Assembly: GCF_018977255.1 (NCBI RefSeq)
Contig: NW_024704748.1
Span: forward strand, 10,974,001-11,038,000
DNA: 64,000 nt
Source: Callorhinchus milii
Lineage: Eukaryota
Direction of reading: 5' to 3'
The notes beneath the pieces were generated by a model. It saw only the letters and a program-made list of their open reading frames with translations. It was not told where the DNA came from and ran no database searches. Of the stretch, positions 14,587 through 26,026 are shown piece after piece; within the stretch, counting starts at the first letter, position 1, and each line of letters starts with the position of its first letter. Both the position numbers and the translations under genes were made by a program.

Positions 14587-14756
14587 CAACAACAACAAGA
14601 TTCCATTTATTGAGCGCCTTTCACGTCGGGAGGACGTCCCAAGGCGCTGTACAGTTGGGTCAGAACCCGAGCAAGGGGGAAATGGTGAGGGGAGGGAAGG
14701 GAGGGAGCGAGGAGGGAGTAGAGAGTCGAGAGGGGAGCTGAAGGCACGGTCAAAGA
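14587..14756 (-). mobile_element. Younger L2 3'-end copy
   Basis: Near-identical to the 3' end of 13618-14409 and to 42510-42702. Confidence 0.85.
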
Positions 14757-15016
14757 GAAGTGACGGAGGCAGACAATCCGGCAGAGGTGGAAACAAGCAG
14801 TCCTGATCAGGGAATAGAGGTGTGATGAAATGGAAAGCTGGGGATTGAACCTGACGCCTAAGTTATGCATGGGCTCCGTGAGTCTGAGGGAGAGCCCGGG
14901 GAGGTTGAGGAGTTCAGATCTGCAAGAGAGAAGACGATGACGGGAGCCGAAGAGTATGGCTTCCGTCTTGTTGACATTCAGGTGCAGGAAATTTGCGCTC
15001 ATCCAGACCTTAATGT

Positions 15017-15081
15017 GAAGCGCTTTGAGACGTCTTGAAGACGTGATAAGGTACTGTATCAAATGCAAGGATTATTATTAA
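15017..15081 (+). mobile_element. SINE 3' tail with TAATGT target-site duplication
   Basis: taatgt at 15011-15016 and 15082-15087; removing the insert restores CLMDIKVW in the host L2. Confidence 0.85.
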
Positions 15082-17315
15082 TAATGTCCATCAAACACGC
15101 TGACAGGACATCAGCGGACTGGGATTCTCAGCTAGAGGAGGAGAAGTAGATTTGGGTGTCATCCGCATACATATGGACGTTGACCCTACATCTGCTGATG
15201 ACATCACCGAGAGGGAGCATGCAAGCCAGAAATGTATCATCAAATCTGTGAGCGGCAGTGAGGGCAGAAATTGTGTTTAATGCAGTACGAGTGTACAGCA
15301 ACCTGTGCTGTCTTACAAGCGACAGCCAGGAGCAAAACCACAAAGCCCACCGGGCCATGTAACCAGTGGGGGTTGGTGTTTTATTCATCAATCTGACAGT
15401 CCCAACCTTCCATTTTCCGAGGAAATTATTCCTTCTAAAACCTCGTGTTCATTTCCCTTCAAATTCCACACTCACGCTCGCTCAGCCCTTCGCAATCATC
15501 GTGACAAAACATTTGTCCATTAACATCTCAGTCGTCTAGATGTACGCAGTCAGTACAGGTGCTAATAACTGAGAAACCATTTAGTGATTTTACACTGCGG
15601 CTGAATATTTCATGATGCTCTGTGTGTTTCACCATTCAGTCAATGGACCTCTGTCACTTCAATCTCTTCTGACTGCCTTGACTGGTGCTGAAAAGCTCCA
15701 CCAAGATAGCTATCTTTCACAAACTGTCACTCATCGCAGCCTGTCACTGGCAAACTCTGCCGAACACTGTTACTCACAGGGAATAACTGCGACATTTGTT
15801 GCACCGTAATGCTCTGTTCTGATGGATCTGAACAAATGCGTTGTGATTAATAGACCTAACATTTGCAGACTACAATTAGAACGGGGTATCCGATGACCTT
15901 CTGCAATCCATCAGAAGAGTGTTAATTTCATATAAAGAATGTTGGGCTGGCACTCGTTAGAACTTGTTATAGTGAAGGCTCAAACAGTTCTGTGCTTGGT
16001 GTTCAAGCTGCGTTTAGCAATTCCAATTTGATGCTGACTAGACAGCACTAGCAGGGATGACTATTCTCCCTCAGTCCCACTTCGCCAGGCAATGAAAGCA
16101 AGCTGCTCTTTGAAATGTTGAGCTCCCATCATGCAAACTGACAAAGGCATGCTTTTCAAAACCCACATCCAAACTGTTGATCATTACTTATTTACAATGG
16201 CCTTGAGGCACATCTGCCTGTAAAAACCATATTTGATACAATATATACCATTTTTTTCACCTTTGTGCAATAAGAACCCCTTAGGCTGCTTTAAACCAGC
16301 ACTTCATATTGCCCATAAAATGTACCTTGTAATTCCAAAATATGTAATATTTAAGGTATGATATATCTTCGGGAAACGAATTTCTGAAAGCCCGGGTGAT
16401 TCTCTGTTCAGTAATTCCACGTTTTGCTGAGGACTACAACTTGAGAAAGCTCCACATAGCACAGAAGACCTGTCATTCGACTACCCGAGGGCCACTAATA
16501 TAAAGGATTACCCTACAGCGGCAAAAGTTCGGCACAGCTTTGAAGCATGCCAAAAGAGTGCAACCCACTCCCCAGAATTATTACTGCGCAGAGATCAAAA
16601 GAGGTTGGTGCATATTTTACTTGGTAAACAGGGACCTTCTGTTCTTCTGGAAAAAAAAGGGTTTGGAGCTTCTGTAAACCCCAAGCAATTTTCTTGTACA
16701 ATTGTTTCATATGCTAAGTGGATGAAGCTGTTTACTTGTCAAACACCGAGCGCAGGTTAACCCGTGACACGGCAACAACCAAATGTTCCTCTCACTCATC
16801 ACCAGCTCATAAACTTCCCGTTACCTAACCCGCCAATTATTTAGCTCTCCCCCCACCCCCCGCCCACTCTCTCTCTCTTTGGAGTCAAAATCAATTAATG
16901 ACAATTTAATGCAAAAGGACAAGATAAAAGGAATGTAAAAATTTGGGTTCATTTTTCATTGTTACGATACATCTCACATATGGCCTCAAGTACAGAAAAC
17001 AGTACTCCAAGGGACTCGCAGACACAGGGAATAGCCTGAGGGAAGATAACCGTATGAGTCTTTCTGATTGGTTACTGCTGTCATTAGTGCCATTGCTGTT
17101 TAAGAAATACATGTGGACAGACTGAGGTGACAGCTGAGAGTTTAAAGCCTGCATTCTCTCTAACAGCTTTGCCTACCCTCTTTCATGACAGAAATTTTTC
17201 AGCTCTATCATTAACCGCTGACAGGCTGACAGAATAAATACTTCAGCCTTTAAGGATTTTTCTCGCTTGCTCCCTTTCTCTTCAGACAGAGAGTTCTTTA
17301 GCTGTCTTTTCTTAC

Positions 17316-17409
17316 CTCATCAATTTGGGCGAACCGTTGGGTGAATTTCGCATGCCTCCGTTGCGCTGCTTTTTTTTGGGTGACAATGCTGATGGATGTT
17401 CATCTTCAA
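17316..17409 (-). CDS. KCNMA1: KCNMA1 constitutive exon, 94 nt, (L)[30 protein letters not shown](R); upstream acceptor (exon start 17415) adds 2 codons
   Basis: tttgcag|ttgcag|TTGAAGAT...GATGAG|gtaaga; phase 1-2. Confidence 0.98.
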
Positions 17410-18429
17410 CTGCAACTGCAAACATACGGAAGATGTGAGATTAGGAGCCATTTTCAGAAGGATATGAAATGGAAATTAAATATTTAAAAAAATGCATATT
17501 TAAACAGAAAGTGACTCATTATAAAAGTTAAAGATCTCCACTATATAGCAATGAACAGTTACTCGGGGAAAAGAAAAGAAAATCAAATGAGGACTAAGTA
17601 CGGGCTAACGTGTTAATCAAAAACAAACCAGTTCAAAACCCTAATGGCATGACTAAGATAATCTAGCACTCAAGATTCCTAAGCACTAAACACACACGCA
17701 CACACGATATCAATTAAAGGAAAGTGGAAAACATTTTTTAATCAAAACAGGACGCACAGGGAAGGGACAACAGTTTTAATTTGGGAGGTTGTGGGTGAAG
17801 GAACCATCTGCCCCACTCAGAAAGGGTAAATAACAAAATTGCAGACTTTGTACAGGTTAAATATCTAAAATACAACAGTAATTCTTTTTAAGTAGAAGTC
17901 AAACCACTCAGTTAAAGGAGGTGTCACTCTAGAGCATGCAGCATTAACGCACTATTTCTGGCTCACAACCTTCAATGTTGAACCAGCATTGACTAGGGGA
18001 CCTATGAAGGAATTTGCAGGATTGAGCAAAACAAACAAGTGTGTGAGAAAATCCTACCGAATGTAATCTCCAGCCTTTCAAAGAATGTCAGTGCAGTTGC
18101 CCGTTAAAAAGCCAGGCAAGGTGTAACCCAAGGATTTAATCCATTAAGGAGACACTATTAATTCAGGTTGTCTACATTAGCTGCGTTTTAACACTCCGAA
18201 GACTTTAAACCCACACTACATTGTTTCTGTATATCTCATCTGTCATTCAGTTCAAGGTGTTTTTTAAAATACATTTACTGAATAAGAGATTTGGTTATCT
18301 TGCTAAATTCAGCAGACACCTTGTTTACGACACATTCAGGAAAATTCATGGAAGTCAGACTGCATTCATGAATTTACTGAAGGGATAAAATTATTCCTGA
18401 GCTCCTTCAAATAGAGGGCTTTTGGGATA

Positions 18430-18555
18430 AATAATAATAAAATAATAATGATCCTCGCGCCTGATTTAGAGCCTTGCAAGACGGGAAGACGTCTCAAAGC
18501 GCTTCCCAGGATATACTGTAAAGTGGAGACACTGTATGTTCTTGTGGGCAAACCC
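18430..18555 (-). mobile_element. SINE 3' tail, degenerate
   Basis: (AAT)n...gacgtctcaaagcgcttc...tactgtaaagtg. Confidence 0.7.
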
Positions 18556-19757
18556 ATCCACAAATACACATGTACATCAGGAAATAAAGGATGCTTTATT
18601 TGTTGACTTTTTTCACAAATTCAACTATCCGCAGAAACTAGACACATGTATCGGGACAACAATCTGAGCGAAGCAGACAATCGTACAGAGTTAACAGGCG
18701 GTTAGAACTGAGTGACGAGAGGAGGAGAGAGCAGATAGAGAGAATATAAAAACTATGCCTCGAGTAATTGTCAGGAATGATGTTCCATCACTGGCAAAGA
18801 AATAAATGGAAATACTGAATTGCAAAAAAAAACTTGGTACAAGGTTACTGTCTGGGCTTTGCTTTCTACACATCTCCCTGCTCCCATATACTCTGCTTCC
18901 CCTTTTTAGCTCTTAGGGAGCCATGCCAAACAGAAACCCGTTCAAGCACCCATAGCAAATGCTGTGTGCCTGAATCAAAGAATGGCAGACGACAAAAGAG
19001 CAAAAAAGGTCCTCTACTGAAGTGAACCGCATTATTTTAACTGTTGCAACTTTTGCTTTGACACAACTCAAAAATCCAGCCTGATTATTTGAGTTACATT
19101 TCACCGTGACTTTTAACCTGTTTGTAATGATATCTGCCAGCACTTACTGTGTTTAATTGGCAATATTGTCTAGTATGGAATTAGTAAGAGATTAGTTTAT
19201 AAATTTTTTTTAAAAAAATTCTGCTAAAGTGTGTCTGACTACAGAAGACTCAAGCCACAGCCAGACTTGTAGCTGGAAAGAAAATAATTTCAAGGGTTGT
19301 TTAATATGGGCGGACTGGGATGTTGTCTGGTTTGAAAGTTAAAAGAAAAGTTCTGGCTCGGGAATTTTCAATCATTTTCTGGAAGATGTTTAGTCAAACT
19401 TCAAACTGTTATTACTGGCAAGTGATAAGATGACATGATTCCCCGAGAGAGTGATCCACAAAACCTGGGAAAGACGTATGCTTTTCCTTTAAAGGTGTAA
19501 TATATTATTACAAAAAGCCTGCAGCTGTTTTCAATCCTCATTTGCAATGTCATTTTGTTCTTTATTTCCTAGTTGTTAGAGATTTGACTCTGGTTTGGGG
19601 TAACATTGTACTGGGACAGTGCATTGCTTCTCCACATTTAGAGATTGCACCATCTGAATAATGTACACAGAGTGGCGTGTACAGTGGTGGGTTAGAATCT
19701 GCAGCAACACATCCAGGGGCTGCGCAGCAAAGTATAGTAAATGGAAAGAGTTCCAAG

Positions 19758-19892
19758 TAATAATAATGATCCTTGCATTTGATATAGCATCTTATTACAT
19801 CTTCAAGACGTCTAAAAGCACTTCACAGAATATACTGTAAAGTGTAGTGACTGTATATGTTGTGGGCGAAACGCGACAGCAAATTGCACAAG
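19758..19892 (-). mobile_element. SINE 3' half
   Basis: (AAT)n ccttgcatttgatatagc...actgtaaagtg...gtgggcgaaacgcgacagcaaattgc. Confidence 0.8.
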
Positions 19893-20407
19893 AAGGCACA
19901 GGCTGACAATCATCAGTGACAAATTATATTAAGTCAGCAAACCTTGCTACTTTTTTTTTGGTATCCTCAAATTTCTGCTTAACGATACGTTACGTCAACA
20001 CAACAACACTGCAGCGATTGTACTGGAAACCATTTTTTAAAGCTCACTTAAATTTCAAAACACAGTGAAGTTTACATGGGTATAAACTCAGAAAATAGCA
20101 GTTCTTATAAAGAGGACCTATTTTGGACCAAGCCAGAAAATTGTATTTATTTATGTAAGATCATTTGTAAATTCCCGCTTCTTCCAACTGCTTAACCCCC
20201 ACCCACCCCCCATCTCTAGGTTACTATTGAGCAGAGGTTGAGTTCACACCAGATCAGAAAAGGATCACATCTGGAGGGGGCACCATTGTCCTATCATCAC
20301 TTGGTAGATTTAGTTTTTTGGGGGGAACAAAATAAAAACACCCAAAACTAGAATGCCATGCATATGTGTCTGCAACAGCTGATGAGTGCAGCTGAGGGGA
20401 AACCTAC

Positions 20408-20695
20408 AGAGATCGTTGAAAGTAGTGTTGTTGGGGTGGTATCTGTATTTCACAGGCAAGCTGCGTGCACGTTGTAACCTACACTGGGCACCTCTTCCTT
20501 GATCACTTGTATTCAGCAGACTTAGGCGCCTGAGTGAAGGGTCGCTGGACAAGTAGAGGCTTCCTTTACGGTTATTAACAAGCCGCACGGCTTCAGGGCC
20601 TTCTGTAATAGGTACAGTATTTGGCAATGTGTGGGGCTTGGTGGAGTGGGCTCTAAGTGAGTCATTTAGCAAACCTGGTTCAGCTTCATCCTTTA
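20408..20695 (-). CDS. KCNMA1: KCNMA1 site-2 large alternative exon, 288 nt, KDEAEPGLLNDSLRAH...NNRKGSLYL...LQRARSLPVKYRYHPNNTTFNDL
   Basis: T-rich tract then acttggcag|TAAAGGAT...GATCTCT|gtaggt; exactly 96 codons, stop-free, phase 1-1. Confidence 0.85.
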
Positions 20696-21074
20696 CTGCC
20701 AAGTAAAAAAAAATAAAGTGGACACATTAAGAAACAAAGCACAACGAGGCATTTGCATTTTCACGATGTTACTGTTGGCAAAATGGTCTTTTTTTTGTTT
20801 CATTTCTGCAACAACAGAAAAGAAATGCCCATTGCAGTTAAATTGTCAGTGCAAAACAGATGTGGAAGACATTGAATGCTAAACATCAGCAAAAGTAAAT
20901 TAATACCCATGTCTGATCTCAGTTGTAACCTTTCGGGTGGGGTAAATGTGATGACAGGTGGGGGAATGGAAGAACAAGCGTACGGTGTACTAGGGTCTGT
21001 ATTTACTTGGTCTGTTGCTGTTCACGATCTGGATAGCGTCAGCATCGTCAGACACAGTGCGCATGAATACTTAC

Positions 21075-21143
21075 CATACAATTTCACGCACACATTATCT
21101 CCATCATCTTCTCCTGAGACTATTATTATCCATCTTTTAACCA
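21075..21143 (-). other. Candidate KCNMA1 site-2 cassette exon (69, 45 or 39 nt depending on acceptor), ending ...SGEDDGDNVCVKLY
   Basis: Strong donor ATG|gtaagt; three AGs give stop-free phase 1-1 exons; acceptors have weak pyrimidine tracts. Confidence 0.35.
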
Positions 21144-21454
21144 CTTGAACAATAATGTACCACAGTGCAAATTACTAGTTTACATCATTGGTAGCAGTCA
21201 TTAAGCATAAATTAATGAAATAAATTTGGCCATGTGGATTATTGCAAAAATAAAAACACTTAATGTGAAAATATTTCTTCTGGTTGCCCAATGAGTCCCA
21301 CTGTATTCAAGGAAGGCAGATCAGAGACCGCCTTTATAGGTGTCATCACTCTTGACCCACCTGAAAGGGAGTCATGTGGAGCAATGTCACTGGGCTGCTG
21401 ACCTAGCCTCCTTGCACACTGTGGGGAAGTGCCTATATTGGCTCTGTGAGCCGA

Positions 21455-21730
21455 TTACCCCCATCCACGCTCGGCTTCACTATCTCCACATCTCTCAGAG
21501 GATAGAGTTCAAATTCCTCCTCCTCACCTTTAAAGCCCTCCTCAGTCTTGCCCCTCCGAACCACTGTGACCTATTAAACCTTTACCAACTGTCCACTCCC
21601 TCCACTCGAAGGGTACCTGCCTGCTCCATACCCCCCACTCTGTCTGCTCCACTATTGGTGGTCGAGCCTTCGGCCTTTCTGCCCCCACCCTCTGGATCTG
21701 CATCCTAGAGCCCCACCGCCTCACACCATC
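21455..21730 (+). mobile_element. L2 LINE ORF2 C-terminal fragment
   Basis: ITPIHARLHYLHISQRIEFKFLLLTFKAL within ORF 21340..21708. Confidence 0.8.
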
Positions 21731-21903
21731 AAAAAGATCTTGAACAAACAATCTTGTTCTTCTACTTATCACATGATACACTGTTTGGTTGCAAACATTG
21801 TGATGTTGTACTTTGAGAGCAAGACAGGTGAATCTTCCCCTTCTTCCTGCAGAGTGTGTAACTCAGCAGCACCCAGATTGTAGTTTGGGGAAAAGAATCG
21901 GAC

Positions 21904-22209
21904 ATAATAATAATCCTTGCATTTGATATAGCACTTTTCACGTCTTCTAGACGTCTCAAAGTGCTTCACAAAATATACTGTAAAGTGAATTGACTATATT
22001 TGTGGGCGAAATGCAGCAGCCAATTGCGCACAGCAGTGTCCCACAAACAGTCGTGGATTGAAGTGACCAATTTTATTATTTTTTTTCTTGAGGGATTATT
22101 ATCAGGCGTGTGGAGTAAGGAAACCTACCCAAGGTTTCGACCTGCCGGGAATTGAACCCAGGTCTCTCGCTTGAGGGGCGAGTGCTCTAACCACTGAGCT
22201 ACAGGACCC
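21904..22209 (-). mobile_element. Full-length tRNA-derived SINE (Deu-like core, L2-type tail)
   Basis: Head with Pol III A box TAGCTCAGTGG and B box GGTTCAATTCC; (ATT)n tail; high identity to the 52045 and 57443 copies. Confidence 0.9.
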
Positions 22210-22591
22210 AACCACCTCTCAGACCCAACCACCCCCATGATTCTTCAGTATTTGGTGAATTACTCGGAACAGTATTTTGCAAATTCGTTCTCACAATAAT
22301 AAGCCTTTAACCTAAGTACTGTATATCCTTTCCTGAGAACTCAATCAAGTTCTGAGTAACAAACACTGCAGGAAGGAGGAGGATGTCAACTCTTGGCTGG
22401 CGACAGCACAACATTACAAGCTGAATATCTCCAGAACAGAGCAGAAGGCACTTGATGCCAGCAGGAGAGAGACATTACTGAGGGCTCAGAGACCTACTAT
22501 GACAGGCTTTAAAGTCAGTTAATTTCCCTTCAATATTTAGCACCATTACATCTATTTTTAGAGGTAGGATATCATTTTAGTCCCTCCTCCA

Positions 22592-22710
22592 CTGCACATA
22601 CACTCACTCACACACACACATACATACATATACACAAGCACTCATGCATACGCGCACACAGCACATGTAGACACACATGCGTACACACACGCTAAACATT
22701 ACACACATTT
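22592..22710 (+). repeat. Degenerate (CA)n / (CATA)n microsatellite
   Basis: cacatacactcactcacacacacacatacatacata...cacacacg. Confidence 0.8.
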
Positions 22711-24689
22711 ATAAAGCAAATGCATCTTATCCGTCAAATTATTGGTATTAGTGATGGGTGACACCAATCACAGTTCTGACTGATGCCAAATTTTAAGGAG
22801 ATTTTCCCATACTCGCCAACAGCAGAACACAGAGCACAAGCAACCGATATCCATGTTTCAACAGTAGGTGCAGTAACACTAAATCGTAATAAACAATGCC
22901 TTGTAAATGGCATGAAATAATTTGAACCAGAAGTGTGATTAATTTAAACTTCAGAGAGGCACGGGAGACGTGCACAATAATAAATATAAATATTCAGAGC
23001 AAACATCTTTAATCGCACTTAATGACATAAACATCGCCCCATGAATAATCACAAGAATCTCCCCATGAATTAACTTATTACAAATAAATATTACATTACT
23101 GCCATTGCATTATTTATGATTTCCTATGGAAAAAAAGTCTTTGCAATTTTGATTTTGAAAGATGCATAAAACTCACATCAAATGCTTGAGGCAGACTAGA
23201 TTTCTGAAGCAAACAGCCCGAAGATATATAACTCTACATTTGATACTTCAGCTTTGAATAGGTAATCCCAGGTAATTGGATGGGTTTTAATTAATGTAAT
23301 CATTATTTTGGATCTTAGTTAAATGATCACAAAGTGTCACAAATTTTCAGAATTACTTATGAAGCTCATTTCAATTTTAATGCAGGCCAATGGCTTTTTT
23401 CTTGAAAAATATTTCTCTTCCACACATTACTGAAGGCATTTCCCAAAAAAAATCCTTCATACTATATAGCAGCATAGCTTCCCCCGAACTAGCTTAGAGC
23501 TATACATGGAGGCTGATTCTAACGTCAGCTGCCGCTTAGATTCAAACCCCCGCACCGATAACTCCTGGATTCATCTGTGCGTTGTCAAACATATACAGCA
23601 TTAGTTTGAGAATAAACAGTGTGGCAGTTTCACAGAGGATCCAGAATGATCAAGACTGCTGCTGTCTGTTTGCGCAAACTGAGGCAAATGATGAGTTTGC
23701 CGCGCATTTCTTATCAGTTATGTAAAGACTGGTTGGCAATTGAAAAGATCAGATACAAAAAGAAAAGTATGCATGCTTTTCGTCAACAAAAATGTGGCTT
23801 CCTTGAACCTGGTTATTTATATTCTCCAGCCTGGTTAACTCGAGAGTTTAAGGGCCTTTGTTCCATGGCTGGTAAAGCAACATGTGCTAAAGCATTGCCA
23901 GCGACTCCACTACTGAACACTGCATTAGCCACAAGAACAAACAACAGACCCTCTTCTCCAATGTTACAGAGGCACAAGTTTCACTTCTGCCATAAGCACT
24001 AAGACTGTAAATCGGAATTGCAACATTGGTTATAATATATCATATTCCATCTGAAATCTCTAAAACACAGAATAAGCTCCCGAAACAGAATTTCTTTCAC
24101 CGGGAGATGAAAAATAAAAAAGGGGAAAGAGGAGATGAGAAGAGAATGTTTGCTTGATTGTTATAATATGGAATGGGTTTCCACAAATAGCTGTTGGAAG
24201 ACGAGTCCATTGCAAAAGGGAACTGGATAAATACTAGGGGTGGGGGAGAGCAAGGGCAATGGGATGCGAGCAGATAGCTTCAGCAGTGGGAGTTAACTCA
24301 AGCTCAAGGTGGCCCCTTGGATGTTGTAAAACTTTATAGACTTATAAAGAAAAATAAAAAAGACATTTGATCTGTCTACAGTTTATTTAATTGACCTGAA
24401 TTGGAACATTTGCAAAGGCTGTAGGGCTGTGAAATACTTGGGGAAAATAAACAGAAGGAGGAAATAAACTTGCTATTGTGTCCATAGTCCGATATGTGCA
24501 CTCTGTATGTGCGTCTCAGGGCTCAGTCAAGATTTATTCCTTAAGTCACAGCACCACCTGCTGTCCGTGAAATTCATCCAACATTCAAAACAGTCTGCTT
24601 GATTCCCACCCAAATGCACCGCGTTGTAAATTAGAAATCAAGGTTCCAAACAAAACAATCACCAAATAAAGTGGTAAATCACCAGGTCA

Positions 24690-25005
24690 GTGGACTCTGG
24701 CTTGTTCCATATCCCCTATCCTGCTTTGCCCAACATCATTGGTCAGGCCTTCTTTCTCTCTGCCCCCACCCTTTGGAACTCCATCCCACAGTCCCTTCGC
24801 CTCACCCCACCTCGCTTGCCTCCTTCAATGCCCATCTCAACACCTTCCTCTTCAACTGCGCCTTCAGTTATCCTCCCACACCCACCCTCCCTGCTCTCCA
24901 CCCCTCCTGATCCCAACCCCAGCTCAGATGTAAATCCTAGACTGTCCAGCACCTTGGGACATCCTCCTGATAAGAAAGGTCTTATACAAACGTAATTTGT
25001 TGTTC
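24690..25005 (+). mobile_element. L2 LINE 3' end
   Basis: IIGQAFFLSAPTLWNSIPQSLR; tail gggacatcctcctgata...ttgttgtt. Confidence 0.8.
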
Positions 25006-25560
25006 TTGCAAGCAATACTAGGATTTGTAGAAAGATGATTTACGTTCACATACTTGGGCTGTGTACTTTTTTTTAAAGATGTGGCGACCAGCTCTAATTA
25101 TGAGTAGCAAATACAGTGATATGCCGCAGCTCTCCACAAAACGGATGGCTAGAGTGCGAGGAGGACTGATGAGGGAGAAAGGCCAGGGGATGAGGGAGAC
25201 TGGTGCAGAAGCAAGATCGGGGTGAGAGAAGCCAAGACATGGCGTATGCAGGAAGGGCCCGTTACCATGGTAATGAGATAACTTGATTAGGCACACTCAG
25301 ATTGCTTCACCTGCCAAACAGGTCATCAGCCACAACCGGTTGTGTCTTCAGATCCCCAAATCCCAGCGACTAACAAATTGTGTAAAAAAAACTGAGTAAT
25401 CACTGCACTGTCTCGGAAAGGACAATACCGATGAAATGGAATGAAACTAATGACATGTGTGGGCAGAAAGACAAATGGATTAAAGGAGAAGGAATACAGA
25501 AATAAACCGTGTTGGGAGGCAACAGAAAAATTAATAATTATTGACAAATCAATGACTTAC

Positions 25561-25593
25561 TTGAGGTGATAAATCCGTTATAGTTATACTTTG
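25561..25593 (-). CDS. KCNMA1: KCNMA1 site-2 alternative microexon, 33 nt, (P)KYNYNGFITS
   Basis: ttttctttccattgtcttcag|CAAAGTAT...ACCTCAA|gtaagt; strong splice sites, phase 1-1, in frame. Confidence 0.8.
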
Positions 25594-25954
25594 CTGAAGA
25601 CAATGGAAAGAAAATGACAGGTTAAGGAAGGGAGTAACAATAAATGTGCATCATGCACCATGAGAGGTTGTCGATGACAAGCAGAAGGAGGGGGTAATAG
25701 ATACATTAAGTACAAAGCACTTGATTTTTAAAGGTCGACATCGAGTATGCACTATGCTTTGAGCATTCATCCTGAAAATTGCCACTTTTGAGTACCGTTC
25801 ATCTCCAGCATTCTACATAGATTTACACAGATTGTACAGTACACTGTTGGCACAAACAGTGCCAACAAGTCCATGCCAGTGCTTATACTCCACATGAGTC
25901 TAAACTCTATCTCTGGTGAAATGAACCAAGAGTGTATAAAATGGGTGCCATTAC

Positions 25955-26026
25955 CAGCAAACGCTTTTTGAATGTGGTGCATCCCGTTTGTCTCGAAGCA
26001 TGCCAACCTCGAGGAGCTCCCAAACA
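25955..26026 (-). CDS. Candidate KCNMA1 site-2 cassette exon, 72 nt, (L)FGSSSRLACFETNGMHHIQKAFA
   Basis: gtgtgcag|TGTTTGGG...TTTGCTG|gtaatg; stop-free, phase 1-1; UGC-rich pyrimidine tract upstream. Confidence 0.45.

Larger units (their letters stand above)
13330..15225 (-). mobile_element. Older L2 LINE ORF2 3' region, interrupted by three younger insertions
   Basis: Segments join into one ORF2: HMYADDTQIY...CLMDIKVWMSANFLHLNVNKTEA...ETLIHAFVTSRLDYSNA...ARLHWL. Confidence 0.85.

Noticed and set aside
13668-14606. Longest ORF in the track (312 aa, Pro-rich)
   Set aside because: Mixed-frame read-through of nested L2 fragments and their C-rich 3'UTR; not a host gene
20380-20405. CTGATGA...GAAA hammerhead-like words (also near 2884 and 25166)
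   Set aside because: No stem II pairing between the core motifs
24549-24570. REST/RE1 half-sites (CAGCACC and inverted GGACAG)
   Set aside because: Non-canonical orientation, and short matches are expected by chance
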